DNA of 43,340 nucleotides from an uncultured Pseudomonadota bacterium. GTDB lineage: Bacteria > Pseudomonadota > Gammaproteobacteria > Xanthomonadales > Ahniellaceae. The notes beneath the pieces are model-generated. The model was not told where the DNA came from and searched no databases. It worked only from the letters and a program-made list of their open reading frames with translations. Of this stretch, positions 41,965 to 43,340 are shown in pieces. The stretch is taken from positions 1-43,340 of the forward strand of contig CALKUS010000135.1 in assembly GCA_937996755.1 (NCBI GenBank), given 5' to 3'. The translations under genes were made by a program, and so were the position numbers. Position 1 is the first letter of the stretch. Each line of letters opens with the position of its first letter.

Positions 41965-42013
41965 CATCGCCTGACGCTCAGCGGTCGCACCAGCGACCGC
42001 TGTCAGGCGATGG
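41965..42013. terminator. GC-rich hairpin CATCGCCTGACGCTCAGCGGTCG / CGACCGCTGTCAGGCGATGG downstream of pepO (no U-tract)
   Basis: Direct reading of a ~20-bp imperfect stem between the pepO stop and the convergent lipoprotein gene. Confidence 0.5.
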
Positions 42014-42083
42014 CTGAGGACATGGATGTCCGAAGGGGCGGCCCAACGAAGCGCCGTCGCGACAGGGACGTCGCAGCAATGAG

Positions 42084-42509
42084 CTACTTCAGCTCCGCCA
42101 CGTAACAGACCCATTCCCCGTCGACGAGCCGCCATCCGCTCTCGATGTCGAGATGCTCGCCGGAATCCGGCAGCAGCCCCTCGCCGCCCGTGACCAGCGC
42201 GTCCACGCGCACCGTCGCGCGATCGCCCTGCACCTTCACGTCGAGCGGGCCGAGCGTCACGCCGAGCGACTGCTTGCGCATCATCTGCGCCGCCAGGAAC
42301 CCGCGCAGCGATTGGCGGTCGAAGCTGCCGTGGTCGCCGTCGAAGTCGTCGCTGACGTGCGCGATGAAGCCGCCGGCATCCTTCGACTCCACCGCGTCCG
42401 CCATCGCCGCGATGGTGTCGCGCAGGCGCTGTTCCGGCGAGTCGCCCGCGCATGCGGCGAGCATCGTCGCGAGCAGGAGCAGGCATGCTCGTTTCAGCTT
42501 GTCTGGCAT
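42084..42509 (-). CDS. Small lipoprotein with NTF2-like/SnoaL-like (DUF4440-type) fold
   Basis: 141 aa from MPDKLKRACLLLLATMLAACAG (lipobox LAAC, GGAG Shine-Dalgarno sequence). The rest of the 402-aa track ORF is unsupported. Confidence 0.65.
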   Translation of the reverse strand: MPDKLKRACLLLLATMLAACAGDSPEQRLRDTIAAMADAVESKDAGGFIAHVSDDFDGDHGSFDRQSLRGFLAAQMMRKQSLGVTLGPLDVKVQGDRATVRVDALVTGGEGLLPDSGEHLDIESGWRLVDGEWVCYVAELK

Positions 42510-42602
42510 GGTGGCGTGTGCTCCAATCGAGCGGTTTCCGAAGTCCCGGCGCAGGGTTGCGCGCGATCCGGGGGCCGGCGGTACGGGGAGGATCGGCCGA
42601 TC

Positions 42603-43340
42603 ATGAGTGTCGACAAACCTTGGCTCAAGAGCTACCCCGCGGGCGTGCATCCCGAGGTCGACCTGAGCCAGTTCGCTTCCGTCGTCTCGGTGCTCGAACA
42701 GGCCTGCGACCGCTTCCGGCACCGGCCGGCGTTCCACAATATGGGACGCACGCTGAGCTACGACGACGTCGACCGTCTCAGCAGGCAGTTCGCCTGTTTC
42801 CTGCTGCACGAGCTCAAGCTCAAGAAGGGCGACCGCGTCGCCCTGATGCTGCCGAACGTGCTGCAGTACCCGATCGCGATCTTCGGCGTTTTGCGCGCCG
42901 GGCTCACGGTGGTGAACACGAACCCGATGTACACGGCCCGCGAGCTCAAGCACCAGCTCGAGGATTCCGGCGCCGTCGCCATCGTCGTGCTCGACAACTT
43001 CGCGCACACGGTCCAGGAGGTCCTGCGCGAGACGCAGGTCCGCCACGTCGTCACGACCGGTCTCGGCGACCTGCTGCCGTTCCCGCGCTCGCTGCTCGTC
43101 AACTTCGCGGTGCGCTACGTCAAGAAGCTCGTCCCCGACTTCGACATCCCGGGCGCGCTCCGATTCAACGATGCGCTCGCGCGCGGCGCACCCCACAAGC
43201 TGCCGCGCGTCGACGTCGGCTTCGACGACATCGCGTTCCTGCAGTACACGGGCGGCACGACGGGCGTCGCGAAGGGCGCGATGCTGACGCACAAGAACCT
43301 CGTCGCGAACATGCAGCAGTCGTCCTCATGGCTGGGGACG
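42603..43340 (+). CDS. fadD: Long-chain-fatty-acid--CoA ligase (FadD), 5' partial; it runs off the window
   Basis: N-terminus MSVDKPWLKSYPAGV and the AMP-binding motif LQYTGGTTGVAKGAMLTHKNL. There is no stop before the window end. Confidence 0.85.
   Translation, partial: MSVDKPWLKSYPAGVHPEVDLSQFASVVSVLEQACDRFRHRPAFHNMGRTLSYDDVDRLSRQFACFLLHELKLKKGDRVALMLPNVLQYPIAIFGVLRAGLTVVNTNPMYTARELKHQLEDSGAVAIVVLDNFAHTVQEVLRETQVRHVVTTGLGDLLPFPRSLLVNFAVRYVKKLVPDFDIPGALRFNDALARGAPHKLPRVDVGFDDIAFLQYTGGTTGVAKGAMLTHKNLVANMQQSSSWLGT

Overview
This is a high-GC (~70%) chromosomal window, most plausibly from a Xanthomonadales-like gammaproteobacterium. That guess comes only from GC content and synteny; I could not run any database search.

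Most of the window is housekeeping genes. The E. coli-like block maf-rng-yhdP-tldD lies next to the divergent pair yjgA (darP) and pmbA. Further along is the conserved operon leuS-lptE-holA-nadD. Here that operon is separated from its usual continuation rsfS-rlmH by about 4.5 kb, which holds a tandem tRNA array, an SPFH (band-7) protein gene and a PLP-dependent decarboxylase gene.

Other genes include:
- a 997-aa secreted multidomain protein
- an NhaP2-type K+/H+ antiporter
- a secreted amidohydrolase
- a thioredoxin-TPR co-chaperone
- a P-loop kinase next to a transmembrane Ser/Thr kinase fused to an FGE/SUMF1 domain
- an NHL beta-propeller protein
- a CadC-like winged-helix regulator with a TolB-like propeller
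- a DUF502 protein with a YhhQ queuosine-precursor transporter
- a di-haem cytochrome c peroxidase preceded by a Sel1-repeat protein
- ThpR, a PepO (M13) peptidase, an NTF2-like lipoprotein and a partial fadD

Only two canonical tRNA genes are present, tRNA-Asp(GTC) and tRNA-Arg(ACG), both on the minus strand. Each is immediately followed by a degenerate tRNA-like sequence. There are no rRNA genes, CRISPR arrays, transposases or integrases.

The unexplained structure is mainly repeat DNA:
- (A) a ~160-bp palindromic GTAG-type REP/MITE-like family at two loci
- (B) an AT-containing GGAAATC/GGAAATG heptad-hairpin family at two loci, one of which runs into the lptE signal-peptide coding region
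- (C) a GCGGGGAGCGGCAAGAGCAGG hairpin family at two loci
- (D) a GAGTCT hexamer hairpin
- a ~580-bp tandem duplication carrying the tRNAs

Two unrelated secreted proteins share a C-terminal tail ending ...DAL(F)S(N/R)(D/G)GFE, which may be a sorting tag. Several long ORFs in the supplied track are antisense or frame-fusion artefacts of the high GC content and are not reported as genes.

The ORF track and my base counting differ by about 1 nt in places, so coordinates I derived by eye carry +/-1-3 nt uncertainty.
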